Below the pieces are notes generated by a model that was not told where the DNA came from, did not search any database, and saw only the letters and a program-made list of their open reading frames with translations. DNA of 56,266 nucleotides from positions 1 through 56,266 of IMG/VR virus record IMGVR_UViG_3300046170_000364; one strand, written 5' to 3'. The translations under genes and the position numbers were made by a program. The DNA is from a virus (taxonomy: Duplodnaviria; Caudoviricetes). How positions within the stretch are numbered: position 1 is the first letter of the stretch; the number at the start of each line of letters is the position of its first letter. Of this stretch, positions 23,255-34,044 are shown piece after piece.

Positions 23255-26200
23255 GTGTCGTCGCTAGAACTTGCAGGCGCTACCGGCGCTTTAGACAATA
23301 TCAATGCAACGCAGGCTGAGTTCCGAGTTCAGATTGCAGCCCTCAACGACTTAATGCGTCAGGTTGCTGGTACTGCCAACGTGGCAGCCGGTAGCACTGA
23401 AATGGTGGACCCGCTAACAGCGCCGTTCACGTTATATGTCAACCCATACATTGGAGAGGATACGTTTGCCGGTGGTTCGTACAACACCTATGAAGCCCCC
23501 GGTGGCAGTACAGACGAAGAAATAATCGAAGCCAAACTAAAACGCCTAGATAAACAACGCCTTACCTGTGGCTTTAGTCCTCAGCGTCCATTTAAAACTA
23601 TTAACCGCGCAGTAATTGAAGCTGCGATTATTACTAGCAAAGACTGGTACACAATTACAGACCCGAAAGCGCATCTTGACTGTGTCTCAATCGTTATTGC
23701 CCCAGGCGTTCACACTATTTATAACGATCCAGGCACTGGCACGCCTATTACTTGGTCGATGGGTATGAGCCGACACCTGCAGACCTAATCAAATTCAATC
23801 CGACTGACGGTGGGGTATTACTGCCACGAGGGTGCAGCCTGTGCGGTCCTGACTTACGCAAATGCACATTCCGCCCGACTTATGTCCCAACTCCTGCTGA
23901 CGAACTTGCAGACCGCAGCAATCGTAGTGAGATCTTCAAAGTTACCGGAACGGGCTACTTTTTTGGCTTCTCGATTTTTGACAAAATAAATACGACAACT
24001 AGCCATCATTTGCTGTCTGCTTTTGGTTTCGCTAGTGAGACGGAACTCGATGCGTTTTACACAAAGATCCGCACCTACGTTGGTAGCCCTGCAAATTTAA
24101 GCGATGCGATAGCCGTTACCCGTGACACTGAATATAAAATTGTTGGCCCAATTGAGGGTACACCAACTTCAGCGTGGGACACGACCCAATCAGCATCACC
24201 GTACGTTTTTAACTGCTCGATCCGTTCTGAGTACGGCCTAGGCGGCATTCACGCTGATGGAGCGAAGGTTGAGGGCTTGAAGTCAATGGTGACCGCTAAT
24301 TTCACTGGCGTTTCACTTCAAAAAGACATGAGCTGCTGGGAGCTTTATAGCGGCGGTACATGGGTCGAAATGCCTGATTATGAAACTTATATCAGCAGCG
24401 ATCCAAATAATGTTCGGATGAAGCCAGCGCGGCGTAGCTTACATATTCGCGCTATTAATAACGCCTTTATCCAAGAAGTCTCAATTTTTGCAATTGGGCA
24501 AGGAATCCACCATGCAACTGAAAGTGGAGCTGAAGTAAGCATTACTAACAGCAACTCTTCCTTTGGTGGTTGTGTCGCATTATCTAGCGGTTACAAAACA
24601 GAAGCATTTGGTATCGATTCTGAATGGCGTTTTGCTTACTTTAATGTACCACTAAATATCAGCGAAAAAACCGGCAACGTCCAAAAATATTTTCTTGGCA
24701 CAATCAGCAATTATGCAGATGGCCAATTTCGCTTCGACATGGCGCAAGACCTAGTTGCGGCTGATGGCTCTACAACAGTGCCAAAGATTCTTGGCGATCT
24801 GGGTTACACCTTGCGCGAAGACAGCTATGTATGGGTTGAAAATCCCAATGGCACGGACTGGCGAGCACAATTAAATGCTAGTGCCTGGAGTACTAGCGAC
24901 CCTAATCGCATTTACTTGAAGGCTAACTCGCCACTTCAAGATGAAGATAATGTCAGCCCAGGCATATCGGTAAGCTCAGTAATTAACCGAGCAATTGGCC
25001 GTCGAGTCTATGTTCGTCGCTTGGTAGACACCCGCACAGCATCTGAACGCCGGTTAAGTATCGGCATGTTTGCAGTGCAGGAATCTACTCGCGTGGTACA
25101 GCGCGACTACATCTTGCAGCTTGATCCAACAGCACCAGTTCTGGTCGGTGATGTTGACCCTTACGTGAATGGCACGTTACCTACAAGTGATCCGTTGGCA
25201 GTTACCACTGTCGCGCAAAAGGACATTTCTGGAACGGACTTCCCGCAGTTCAGCTCTACCTACAAAGGGATGGAGATCCAGCTACGTCGTACCAATCCAG
25301 CCGTAAGCTACGCGGCCAGTACTTTTTATCGCGAGGGCACAACTGCTATCTACGCAGAAAAGCATTTTACGGCTTTGCGTGATGTGACTACGCCTAGCTC
25401 TGGTGGTCCTAATCCAACGGATTGGCAGGAGTCATTTGTTCACATGCCTAGCAGTTTCAGCCCAGACGAAAAGCTAGATAATCAAAGCTATACAATTACG
25501 CTCGATGATGATACTGAAAATAGTCAGTTCAGTACGACGCTAGGCTTTGATTTTTCAACGCTTTGGACTACGAGTGCAGGCGCTGGCACCGTTACTGAGT
25601 CGATTCAAAATCAGTACCAGACAAGTAATGATTATCAAGGTGCTTATACGCTTTTGAGGGCGCTAGGTTTCAGCGTGGCCGCAAGTCATGCAGCATTACA
25701 GCCAAGAGTAACTGATGCCCGGATTCGTAAAGTTAATAGTACTGCAGACTTCCCTACTGCTCCATCAGGTGGTTTAGCGACAGCACGAAACGCTTGGGCA
25801 GCTGAGTTTTGTAGGCCATCAGTTTTAAGATTATTTGCTCACGCCTTTGAATGGGCCGGAACGCTGAATTACAGCAAGGCGTTTCCAGCTGTACAGCAAC
25901 AATTAACCCCGTTAAATAAGTTTAGCTACTACTTTACCAACAAACTTGGGGGCCGTGTTTATCCCTCTGGTTTCAATGAAGAGGGCTACATCGTCAAGAG
26001 CACCGGCATCGAAGATCTAAATACCGGTCAAGAGCAAAGCCTAACAGCACTGGCCAGCGTTGAAGAAGATCCGGTTACAGAGTTTCCATCTGGCATCAGT
26101 GCTCAGGGCGAAAGTTTCTTTAACGATATTAAGATCCAAGGCGAAGCAGAATTTACTCTTAGTGCTGATCTGTCTACAGCTGAAAACTCACTTGGGCCTG

Positions 26201-26763
26201 TATCACTAGCAACCATTGAAGATGTTCAAGGCGCTGCAAAGGCTGTAAATGATGCAAGCATTCTGGACAACAACCAGCCGAAAGTAATCACAAACCTCAG
26301 CCTAAATTACTGGCGTGAGTACAACGCATTACTGAGCGGCAAGGTCTTTAGTTTTGAAGCTGGCACTGATGCTGATGAGGTGCCCGTGTCTGGGATGCTG
26401 GGTCGTATGGCATTTGTTGATGAATGGTGCGGCTACGCTCAAGGCGGTGGTGCTGTTACACAAGCAACTAGCAAAGCTACGGGCGCAACATTGAACACAC
26501 CATGCGGCCAGATCACAATGAACGGGGCTGCACTTGCTGCAGGTACTGCTGTTTCCTTTACACTGACTAATAGCCAGATTAGTCCGCAAGATGTTATTGC
26601 TGTCAGCATTAAATCCGGCGCTACGGCTGGCGCTTATTCGGTCAGTACGTTGGACATCGCAAGCGGTTCGGTAAAGATTGCACTGCGAAACCTTACCGCT
26701 GGGTCACTGTCTGAAGCGGTGGTTCTGAACTACGTAATCATCAAGTCCACCACAACCGCCTGA
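23255..26763 (+). CDS. Tail fibre/spike protein (~1170 aa, frameshift near 23755)
   Basis: RPFKTINRAVIEA, LLPRGCSLCGPDLRK and SPYVFNCSIRSEYGLGG, a beta-helix-like fibre signature; C-terminal GGAVTQATSKATGATLN domain. Confidence 0.75.
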
Positions 26764-26772
26764 TTTTCTGCT

Positions 26773-29369
26773 ATGGCCATCAAGGAACTGTTTTACGACA
26801 ACCGCCCACGGGTTTTGTTAGATCCGCGTGCATCGCAGCGCATCGATCCACGGTTTACGTTTACGCGGGATTCCACTGGCACCTATGTAGACAGTGATGG
26901 TCTGATTAAGACTGCTGCTGTTGATGAGCCACGATTTGATCGTGACCCCGTAACTGGTGAGTCCTTGGGGTTGTTGATTGAAGAGGAGAGGACCAACTTA
27001 GTGACTAACAGTGAAACTTTTCTTTTTGTACCTTTGGGAACCAATCCACCAAGTATATCCACGGTGTCTAATCAAGTCCTTCCTAGTGGTGAAATAGGTT
27101 CTGTCAAATTTGTTGTTTATAGCAGTGGGGATACTCGTGCCCGTTTAAGAGTAAATGGTTCTTTTACTGGGACTTATCGGGGTAGTATTTACTGGAAGTT
27201 AAAAGATGGTGGCACCTGGGCAAGGTACGACAGACCCGCTGACAATGCTGGAAGTTTTTTGTATTCTGACTTCAGTCCAGTAATGCTTGGTATTCCTAAT
27301 GGATCTGAAGTTTATTTTACTTTTGGGCAGATTGAATTAGGTTCCTTCCCAACCTCCTACATCCCCACATCCGGCAGCACCGTAACGCGCGCCGCAGACC
27401 TTCTTTCGACTGAAGCCCCACTACCTGCTACTGGTTCGCTTTACATCGACGCCCGCGCCATCAGCGCCAACGAGAATGACACGCTGCTTTCTCTCAAGAA
27501 CAGCAGCAACGACAAGATTGATCTCGCATATCTTTCCAACACTGCTACTTACAATTCGCTGGCGCTAATTGCCAATTATGACGGTACTAGCAAATCATCA
27601 CTGCCATTGCCGGTGCCAACCACCGACCGCGAACGCAATATCATCACCTACGGCACTAATAACTATCAATACGGACGTGACTCCTCACGTTTTGCCCCTT
27701 CATTAAGCAGTGCAATACCCACTGGCCTGAACAAGCTATCGATTGGCCACGATGCCGTAGATCCCACCAAGGCGTTTAACGGCTACATCAACACTGTTTA
27801 TGCCTGGTCCGGTGAGCTGACACCTGAAGTCGCAGAGGCATTGGTACGAGGTGAAATCGACGCCATTAATGCCGATACTTACAGCCCAACTGGCCCAGCG
27901 GGATCATTAGCACTGGTAATTAACACTCAAGGCGTTGAGGCTGACGGCGAAAAGACGTTTACTTTGCCTGCCGAGAGTGTCGCCAATGACAACGATATTG
28001 TGATCACATGGGGCGATGGCACTGAATCCGGCCTCGATGGCGCCTGCTGCGGAACTAGGCGCTGTCGGCTTGACGCACGATTACCCAGCCGCCGGTATCT
28101 ACCCTGTTTTCGTAGAAGGGCAGCTGCAAAATATCAAATACAACAACATCAGTAACGCAGGAGATTTGGTGTTGATCGCCGCCTGGGGCACTGGCGACAT
28201 GTTCACATCACCGAGCACGATGAACGGTGCTTTTTACGGCTGCAGCCAGATGGATTTCAGCAGTTCTGCACGCATCACAAACAGACCTGATACAAGTGCT
28301 GTTACCGACTGGGAAAATGCGTTCCGCGATTGCAGCAGTATTACTGGAACTTTCCCGTCTTTTGATTTCACCGCAGCTACGAACTTCACAAGCACATGGA
28401 ATGGATGCAGTAGTTTGGCTTCTATGCCAGCGATCTTTAGTCGCTGATGGTGACGTAACACAAAACGTGACAAACTTCTCCAGCGCCTGGAACGACTGCA
28501 GCGGGCTGACCAGCTTCCCGCTAATCGTTACATCTGAAGGCACTGACTTCTCCAGCGCCTGGAACGGCTGCAGCGGGCTGACCAGCTTCCCGCTAATCGA
28601 TACATCTGAAGGCACTGACTTCTCCAACGCCTGGAACGGCTGCAACAGCCTCACTAGCTTTCCATTGATTAATACATCTTTAGGTACAAATTTCAACGGT
28701 GCTTGGGACGGCTGCAACAGCCTCACTAGCTTTCCATTGATTAATACATCTTTAGGTACAAATTTCAACGGTGCTTGGAGCGGCTGCACCAGCCTCACTA
28801 GCTTTGCGTTAATCGATACATCTTCAGGTACAAATTTCAGCGGTGCTTGGACCAACTGCTTCAACCTCACTAGCTTTCCGTTAATCGATACATCTTCAGG
28901 TACAAGTTTCGCCAGTACTTGGAACATCTGCAGCGGCCTCACTAACTTTCCGTTAGTCGATACATCTTCAGGTACAAATTTCACCCGTACTTGGCGCAGC
29001 TGCAGCAGCCTCACTAGCTTTCCATTGATTAATACATCTTCAGGTACAAATTTCACCTTTGCTTGGAGCGGCTGCAGCAGCCTCACTGATTTTCCCGCTA
29101 GCTTCTTTGATTCATGGGCCGGGACACCCGTTGATGAGTGCTTTTATCAAACTTGGAATGGTTGCACCAGCCTCACAGCGACTTCAGTCGATAACATCCT
29201 TGTTTCAATTGCTGGCTCCGGTGTTTCCGCACCTAGCGGCACCGGCACTGACGATAAAAAGATCACAATCGACTATGACGGCACAACCCTCCCAGGCACT
29301 ACAGCCACAGCAATCACCACCCTTAAGTCCCGTAACTGGGAAATCTACCTGAACGACGTTCTCCAATGA
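26773..29369 (+). CDS. Tail fibre / receptor-binding protein with lectin-like N-terminal part and BspA/DUF285-like 24-aa repeats (two frameshifts)
   Basis: FTFTRDSTGTYVDSDG..PRFD..GLLIEEERTNL..FPTSYIPTSGSTVTRAAD; PKD-like ITWGDG; repeats FxxAWxxCxxLTSFPLIDTSxGTN. Confidence 0.75.
28473..29100 (+). repeat. About nine coding 72-bp (24-aa) tandem repeats
   Basis: Directly visible near-identical units, e.g. aat ttc aac ggt gct tgg gac ggc tgc aac agc ctc act agc ttt cca ttg att aat aca tct tta ggt aca. Confidence 0.95.
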
Positions 29370-29941
29370 CCTACTTTCTGCGCTTCACTGACGAGTCCAC
29401 CTTTCGCACCGCTTGCAATGATGCTGGGCTTTGGATTGACGACAACAATCCACGGCCTGCTTTGCTCTCACATACGCACACCATGGATGTGCTTGGCCCA
29501 TTAGTACAAGTCTCATTTACAGGCAACACCATTAATTGGAGCGAAGAGGATGAAGGCATCATTTTCAATGTTGCTTTAAACGATGACAAAACCGGTTGGG
29601 TTTATAACGCAACTGCTACTGAACATTCAGAGCTTTTGCTTGCAAGTTACAACGTTAATTTCTCAGATCAAATAAACGGTAATTACGATTCTGCGGTGCT
29701 TGAAGCCACCATGGAAAATGGAACCCTATCTGTTGATCGTTTAATTTTTGATGAAGACGATCCAGAAAAGGTAATTGGCCGTGAACCTGCGACTAATACA
29801 AGCGATAACCTCGGCCCAACATTTGACGCTTGGCACGTCAACGCTAAATTCACAACAGGCTTGCCTGATGGCTGGGACGCTTACCTAGTACAGCCAAGCT
29901 CCGCAGTCCGTATTTTCGCTGGAGACCAACAGCCACAATGA
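29366..29941 (+). CDS. Hypothetical protein (possible fibre assembly/accessory factor)
   Basis: 191-aa ORF coupled to the fibre gene; YFLRFTDE...WHVN...PSSAVRIFAG. Confidence 0.6.
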   Translation: MTYFLRFTDESTFRTACNDAGLWIDDNNPRPALLSHTHTMDVLGPLVQVSFTGNTINWSEEDEGIIFNVALNDDKTGWVYNATATEHSELLLASYNVNFSDQINGNYDSAVLEATMENGTLSVDRLIFDEDDPEKVIGREPATNTSDNLGPTFDAWHVNAKFTTGLPDGWDAYLVQPSSAVRIFAGDQQPQ

Positions 29942-30072
29942 CGCCAAGGGAACTAGAGAACTGGGCAAAAATTAAAAAAGCTCTTGAGGCCGCAGAGAAA
30001 ACCGACTGCATGTTTTACAAACGTGCAGTGGCGATTTTATCTGGTAGGCCAGACCCTTTAGACTTGAAATAA
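29938..30072 (+). CDS. Small hypothetical protein (44 aa, not in ORF track)
   Basis: Manual translation MTPRELENWAKIKKALEAAEKTDCMFYKRAVAILSGRPDPLDLK*; ATGA overlap with the upstream stop. Confidence 0.65.
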   Translation: MTPRELENWAKIKKALEAAEKTDCMFYKRAVAILSGRPDPLDLK

Positions 30073-30086
30073 CAAGGCTAGGATTC

Positions 30087-30353
30087 GTGATTGAAATTTA
30101 CGCTGCGATCCTAGGTGCGTCCCTTGGTATAGCTGGGATGAGTGTCTCTGGGTTTACTAGGCGAACCAGCGAAAGCCGTGAAGCGGTTATTCGCCTCACC
30201 GCTGGTGTCGAGTCTATTGCGACAAAACTTGAAGACTTACATCAGGACATGAAGGCGGAAAAAGTTCAGGCCAATGCTGATCGCCGTGAAATTTACGAAC
30301 GCCTGAATGATCACGGGAACCGTATAAGTGTCCTAGAAGCCGGAAAGGATTAG
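30087..30353 (+). CDS. Membrane-anchored coiled-coil protein in lysis module
   Basis: N-terminal hydrophobic helix followed by a coiled coil. Confidence 0.6.
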   Translation: MIEIYAAILGASLGIAGMSVSGFTRRTSESREAVIRLTAGVESIATKLEDLHQDMKAEKVQANADRREIYERLNDHGNRISVLEAGKD

Positions 30354-30379
30354 AATTTGTCTGAACTGATGGATTACCG

Positions 30380-30529
30380 ATGAGCATCGAAGAAATCTTG
30401 GCATCACCAGTTACATGGATCGTTATAGCAGCAGCTTCTGAAGTCATCGCGCTATCCCCCTTGCGTGAAAACAGCCTGGTGCAGCTTATCTTCCATGCAC
30501 TCGCGTCGTTAAAAGAAAAAAAGCGCTGA
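30380..30529 (+). CDS. Putative holin-like membrane protein (49 aa, not in ORF track)
   Basis: MSIEEILASPVTWIVIAAASEVIALSPLRENSLVQLIFHALASLKEKKR*; hydrophobic with basic C-terminus; upstream of endolysin. Confidence 0.6.
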   Translation: MSIEEILASPVTWIVIAAASEVIALSPLRENSLVQLIFHALASLKEKKR

Positions 30530-30744
30530 TCCCCGCTGACGGGCGGTGGTTGCTGAGATTCTCGACAAGATCACCGCTCGAAGGCGTAAGGCGAGAAATT
30601 AAACGTCGCAAATTCGAGGCAACGCTAAAGCCAAGGGTTGACGCTGAGGTTGAGCGATGGCATGAATCACAGCCACCAGCAATGCCGCCACCAACCCAAA
30701 TAGACGATCTACACATCAAATCACCCCGGAATGACGAATATTAA
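30517..30744 (+). CDS. Hypothetical ORF, possibly a -1 frameshift extension of the holin-like gene
   Basis: The -1 frame is open from A-AAA-AAG: KKALIPADGRWLLRFSTRSPLEG...; its own start is only a TTG at 30550. Confidence 0.5.
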   Translation, partial: KKALIPADGRWLLRFSTRSPLEGVRREIKRRKFEATLKPRVDAEVERWHESQPPAMPPPTQIDDLHIKSPRNDEY

Positions 30745-31780
30745 GCCGATCACGCTTGAGCAGCTTTTCCGTTACTACAAAGCGCTGCCGCATCAGGCCG
30801 CAGCAATTCAAGAGTTAGAGGCGGATCTAAGCAAAAACGGCTATGAAATCGCGATGCGTCGCGATCGGGTCTGGTTTGCAACATGGAGCCAATCAGGGAA
30901 GCAACCAGATCCACCACAGGCATTTGACAACACTTGGGACGGAGTTCTCGCTGCGGCCAGACATGCCGGGGCAAAGTTTCCCGATGTCGCAGCAGCTCAA
31001 TGGGCACTTGAAAGTGGATGGGGCGAACACACGTCGGGGAAACACAATTACTTCGGATTGAAGGGATCCGGCACAGCCGCAACCACGCGGGAGTTTTTGG
31101 GCGGGCAATGGGTCACGATCACCGACAAGTTCATCGATTTTCCATCGCTGGCTGCCTGCATCGAGTATCTTGTGTCGCGCTGGTATAAGGACTATCGGCA
31201 GCATCATGGCGTGAACCGAGCCATGACACGCGATGAATGCGCGCAGCTGCTTGTGAGCGAGGGCTACGCCACCGACCCTGAATACGCCAGCAAGTTGGTC
31301 TCAATCATGGATAGAGCTGCAGTCAAGAGTAAGCCTGCAGAAGAGAAACCACGCGAGATTGCGAAAATACGGCCCGGCTCACCATTCAGCACCCGGCTGA
31401 CCCCGCATATCACGCTGGGTGAATTTGCGCTCGGTCGAGAGGAACGGCGTTTTGAGCACCAGTATCAGGTTGATATGGCCGCTGAGCTGGCGGCATTCCT
31501 AGAGCGTGTCCGCGTCAAGTTTGGGAACAAGCCGATCGTTATCACGTCTGGCTACAGACCACCAGCAATCAATCGATCAGTCGGCGGAGCTAGCGGGTCA
31601 GAGCACTTGTATCCACCAGGCGCTGGCGCTGTGGATTTTTATGTGCAAGATACTGACATTTATGCTGTACAAGAATGGTGTGACCAAAATTGGCCATACA
31701 GTCTCGGTTATGGTGCAAACCGTGGATTTGTCCACCTCGGCATAAGAAAAGGCGGTCCAAGAGTACGCTGGGATTACTGA
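30731..31780 (+). CDS. Endolysin: GH73 glucosaminidase + peptidase M15A
   Basis: AAQWALESGWG, HNYFGLK and GYATDPEYASKL (GH73); ITSGYRPPAINRSVGGASGSEH..AVD..FVHL (M15). Confidence 0.9.
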   Translation: MTNIKPITLEQLFRYYKALPHQAAAIQELEADLSKNGYEIAMRRDRVWFATWSQSGKQPDPPQAFDNTWDGVLAAARHAGAKFPDVAAAQWALESGWGEHTSGKHNYFGLKGSGTAATTREFLGGQWVTITDKFIDFPSLAACIEYLVSRWYKDYRQHHGVNRAMTRDECAQLLVSEGYATDPEYASKLVSIMDRAAVKSKPAEEKPREIAKIRPGSPFSTRLTPHITLGEFALGREERRFEHQYQVDMAAELAAFLERVRVKFGNKPIVITSGYRPPAINRSVGGASGSEHLYPPGAGAVDFYVQDTDIYAVQEWCDQNWPYSLGYGANRGFVHLGIRKGGPRVRWDY

Positions 31781-31791
31781 TCGCTTCGTTC

Positions 31792-32310
31792 ATGACTGTG
31801 CTTTCTGATCTTGAGATTGTTTCACTGTGCTCCAGCGGAGCGATCGAAGACTGGTCTAAAGATCTGATCAACCCGGCCTCGCTTGATGTAAGGCTGGGCA
31901 GTGGATTGATGATTGAAGTCGCAGGGCAGAAAGACCTGCTCCATGTTGACATCTCCAGCCGGACAGAAAAGAATCCTTATCGGTTGACCCCAGGCGAGTT
32001 CGTCTTGGCCGAGACTCACGAAACTTTTAAAAAAATACCTGATCACATTTGTGCTCAGTTTGCGCTGAAATCAAGCAGGGCTAGGGAGGGATACGAAAAC
32101 CTTCTTGCCGGGTGGATAGATCCAGGCTTCTGCAACAGCAAACTTACCCTTGAATTAGTGAATGTAAGGCGTCATTACGACCTTCCGCTATACCCTGGCT
32201 TGAAAATAGGGCAGATCATCTTTATGAGGATGAGCGAGGTTCCTCTGAAAAGTTACTCGAAAACGGGTCGCTATAACGGCGACGTAGGGGTCCAGGGCAG
32301 TAAAGGTTAA
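31792..32310 (+). CDS. dcd: dCTP deaminase
   Basis: INPASLDVRLG, PGEFVLAET, KSSRAREG, AGWIDPGF, LTLEL and KIGQ motifs; likely start MTVLSD at 31792. Confidence 0.92.
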   Translation: MTVLSDLEIVSLCSSGAIEDWSKDLINPASLDVRLGSGLMIEVAGQKDLLHVDISSRTEKNPYRLTPGEFVLAETHETFKKIPDHICAQFALKSSRAREGYENLLAGWIDPGFCNSKLTLELVNVRRHYDLPLYPGLKIGQIIFMRMSEVPLKSYSKTGRYNGDVGVQGSKG

Positions 32311-32380
32311 GCTACCCTCTTGGCTACCATTAGGAAGCCTGATGACGGCAGTGAGTGACAGCTGAGTTCAGGCAGTGTCG

Positions 32381-32986
32381 AAGAAGCAGTCTGTGCCGGG
32401 AGTACCTCAGCACAGACCTAATGAAGCATGAAAAAAATGGATGGGTATGCGATCCTCACATGTGCCCCCGGAGGGTGCCGGAAAGTAATAATTCTTATCA
32501 AGTCGAAAAACGCTATCTGACAACAGCGAGAATCATGTTTCTAACCTCGGCCAAAGAGGACCAAGACCTGAAGAGTTTAGTGAAATATTTGCATCAAGAC
32601 TTGAAGAGTTGACAGAAGAAATAGTAAGTTTTGACTTAGAAGTTGTGCCGTTAAATGGCGGTTTTATTGGTCATGAGATCATAGGCTCTGAACTTGTACC
32701 TAAAAAAGCAAGCAAACACAGATTCAGAAAGCAGATTTTAGACGAATGGGATAATTGCTGCGCCTACTGCGGCCAGCCCGGTGACACCTTGGATCACATC
32801 CTTGCTAGATCTAAAGGCGGCAGTATGAGCGTCACTAACAATCTCTTATGCTGCTGCAGGTTTTGCAACGGATCCAAGAGCGATAAACCTGTATGGGAAT
32901 GGTTTAGGGCGCAGCCTTTTTGGAGTCAAGAACGTGAAGACCATATCAAATACTGGATGGAGCATGGAACTTTGGATCAGCCATAG
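32381..32986 (+). CDS. HNH endonuclease (N-terminal part probably joined by an indel near 32570)
   Basis: CAYCG..TLDHILARSKGG..NLLCCCRFCNGSK in 32609-32986. Confidence 0.8.
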
Positions 32987-33154
32987 AAGGCATCATGTGA
33001 TACAAATAAGTCTTTGCACGACAGAAATCATCTGAATACCTGCAAACAGCTCCCCCTCGGCTGCAAGATCGGTAGTAGACGCCTTGCGTGCTGTCATTTA
33101 AAACCTCAATATAAAAACCATTGCCAAAATCTATAGCCCAGCTGGGTACATCAG
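32977..33154 (-). CDS. Small hypothetical protein (boundaries uncertain)
   Basis: Region between HNH and the 33151 gene; the 32946-33224 frame reads AIDFGNGFYIEV..GVYYRSCSRGGAVCRYSDD. Confidence 0.35.
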
Positions 33155-33459
33155 TCGTTGATCCAAAAAGCTGAACATTGGCTCGCAAATCTTCCGCCAC
33201 TTGATTTCCCCTCCGCAAAACCAAGGCTGCATTCTGATTGTACTAACCTCCAGTGCAGGCACTGCCAGCAATATGGTTTCGGATTAGCGACTGCACGCAA
33301 ATCAGCATAAAGTTGCTCGCCCTGCAATATTGCGCTTTCGACATCTGTTGCATTTAAAGCTATCTCAAAAGTGTCGTATTCAGTGGTAATGGTTGCAAGC
33401 CATTCTCCGGTTTTGTCGGAAATATTTAATTTGCCAGAGTGAGAGCGATGACTTGTCAT
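33151..33459 (-). CDS. Hypothetical Cys-rich protein
   Basis: CWQCLHW..CSLGF..ASQC zinc-like motif. Confidence 0.65.
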   Translation of the reverse strand: MTSHRSHSGKLNISDKTGEWLATITTEYDTFEIALNATDVESAILQGEQLYADLRAVANPKPYCWQCLHWRLVQSECSLGFAEGKSSGGRFASQCSAFWIND

Positions 33460-33629
33460 TTGAGACGATCAAGAAATGAGGCTTTTAACTCTTGCGCTGA
33501 CGCACGTGCGTCTGACTCAGTTTGCTCTGGATTGCCCCAATAAACAACTTTTCCGTCAAAATACCAAGGGGTGAAGTATGAATCAACCCCATATGCGATT
33601 AGTTTTACGCCTGTGCCTGAAGCGTCCAT
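33456..33629 (-). CDS. Small hypothetical protein (57 aa, not in ORF track)
   Basis: MDASGTGVKLIAYGVDSYFTPWYFDGKVVYWG...; ATGA overlap with the next gene. Confidence 0.6.
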   Translation of the reverse strand: MDASGTGVKLIAYGVDSYFTPWYFDGKVVYWGNPEQTESDARASAQELKASFLDRLK

Positions 33630-33747
33630 AGTGAGTGCTAGAGTCCTTGTTCAACTTGATTCCGAGGAGTCATCTTGTCCCGATGCGCATGGGGAGCGCA
33701 TCAACTAAGCCATGCAGGCGCGAGAGCCGGTGGCATCCCCTCTTAAT

Positions 33748-34044
33748 TCAGTCGTGATTTAAGATCACGTCTTGCTCTAAGGACTGAAGCTCTGAAGCAG
33801 CGCATAGTCTCATTTGGTCGTGCTCGGATGATGAGTTGAAGCCATCCCAGCGAACGGCGAGATACTTGCGCTGATGGCCGTCTTTTCTTGTCTTGGTCCT
33901 AAGCTCTGTTACCGTGCCAATCCTCGACGAATATCGACGCTGATTCTCTGGCTTAACAGCAATGCCAAGATGAATGCGAGGTTTTTCCGCAACTCGATCA
34001 CCAACGGAGAACTTGAACGGTGTGCGGCGTGATGCTTTTGTCAT
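33748..34044 (-). CDS. Hypothetical SH3/Tudor-like protein
   Basis: FKFSVGDRVAE..GTVTE..YLAVRWDG; ATG at 34044 overlaps the thyX stop. Confidence 0.65.
   Translation of the reverse strand: MTKASRRTPFKFSVGDRVAEKPRIHLGIAVKPENQRRYSSRIGTVTELRTKTRKDGHQRKYLAVRWDGFNSSSEHDQMRLCAASELQSLEQDVILNHD

Noticed and set aside
28208-29086. 292-aa antisense ORF over the fibre repeats
   Set aside because: Shadow of the stop-free repeat codons on the opposite strand
26773-29941. Complete diversity-generating retroelement
   Set aside because: No reverse transcriptase, Avd-like gene or template repeat found by eye; only the variation pattern is reported
32381-32986. HNH as a mobile intron or homing element
   Set aside because: Free-standing short HNH not interrupting a gene; such genes are common in cos phages, often as terminase cofactors
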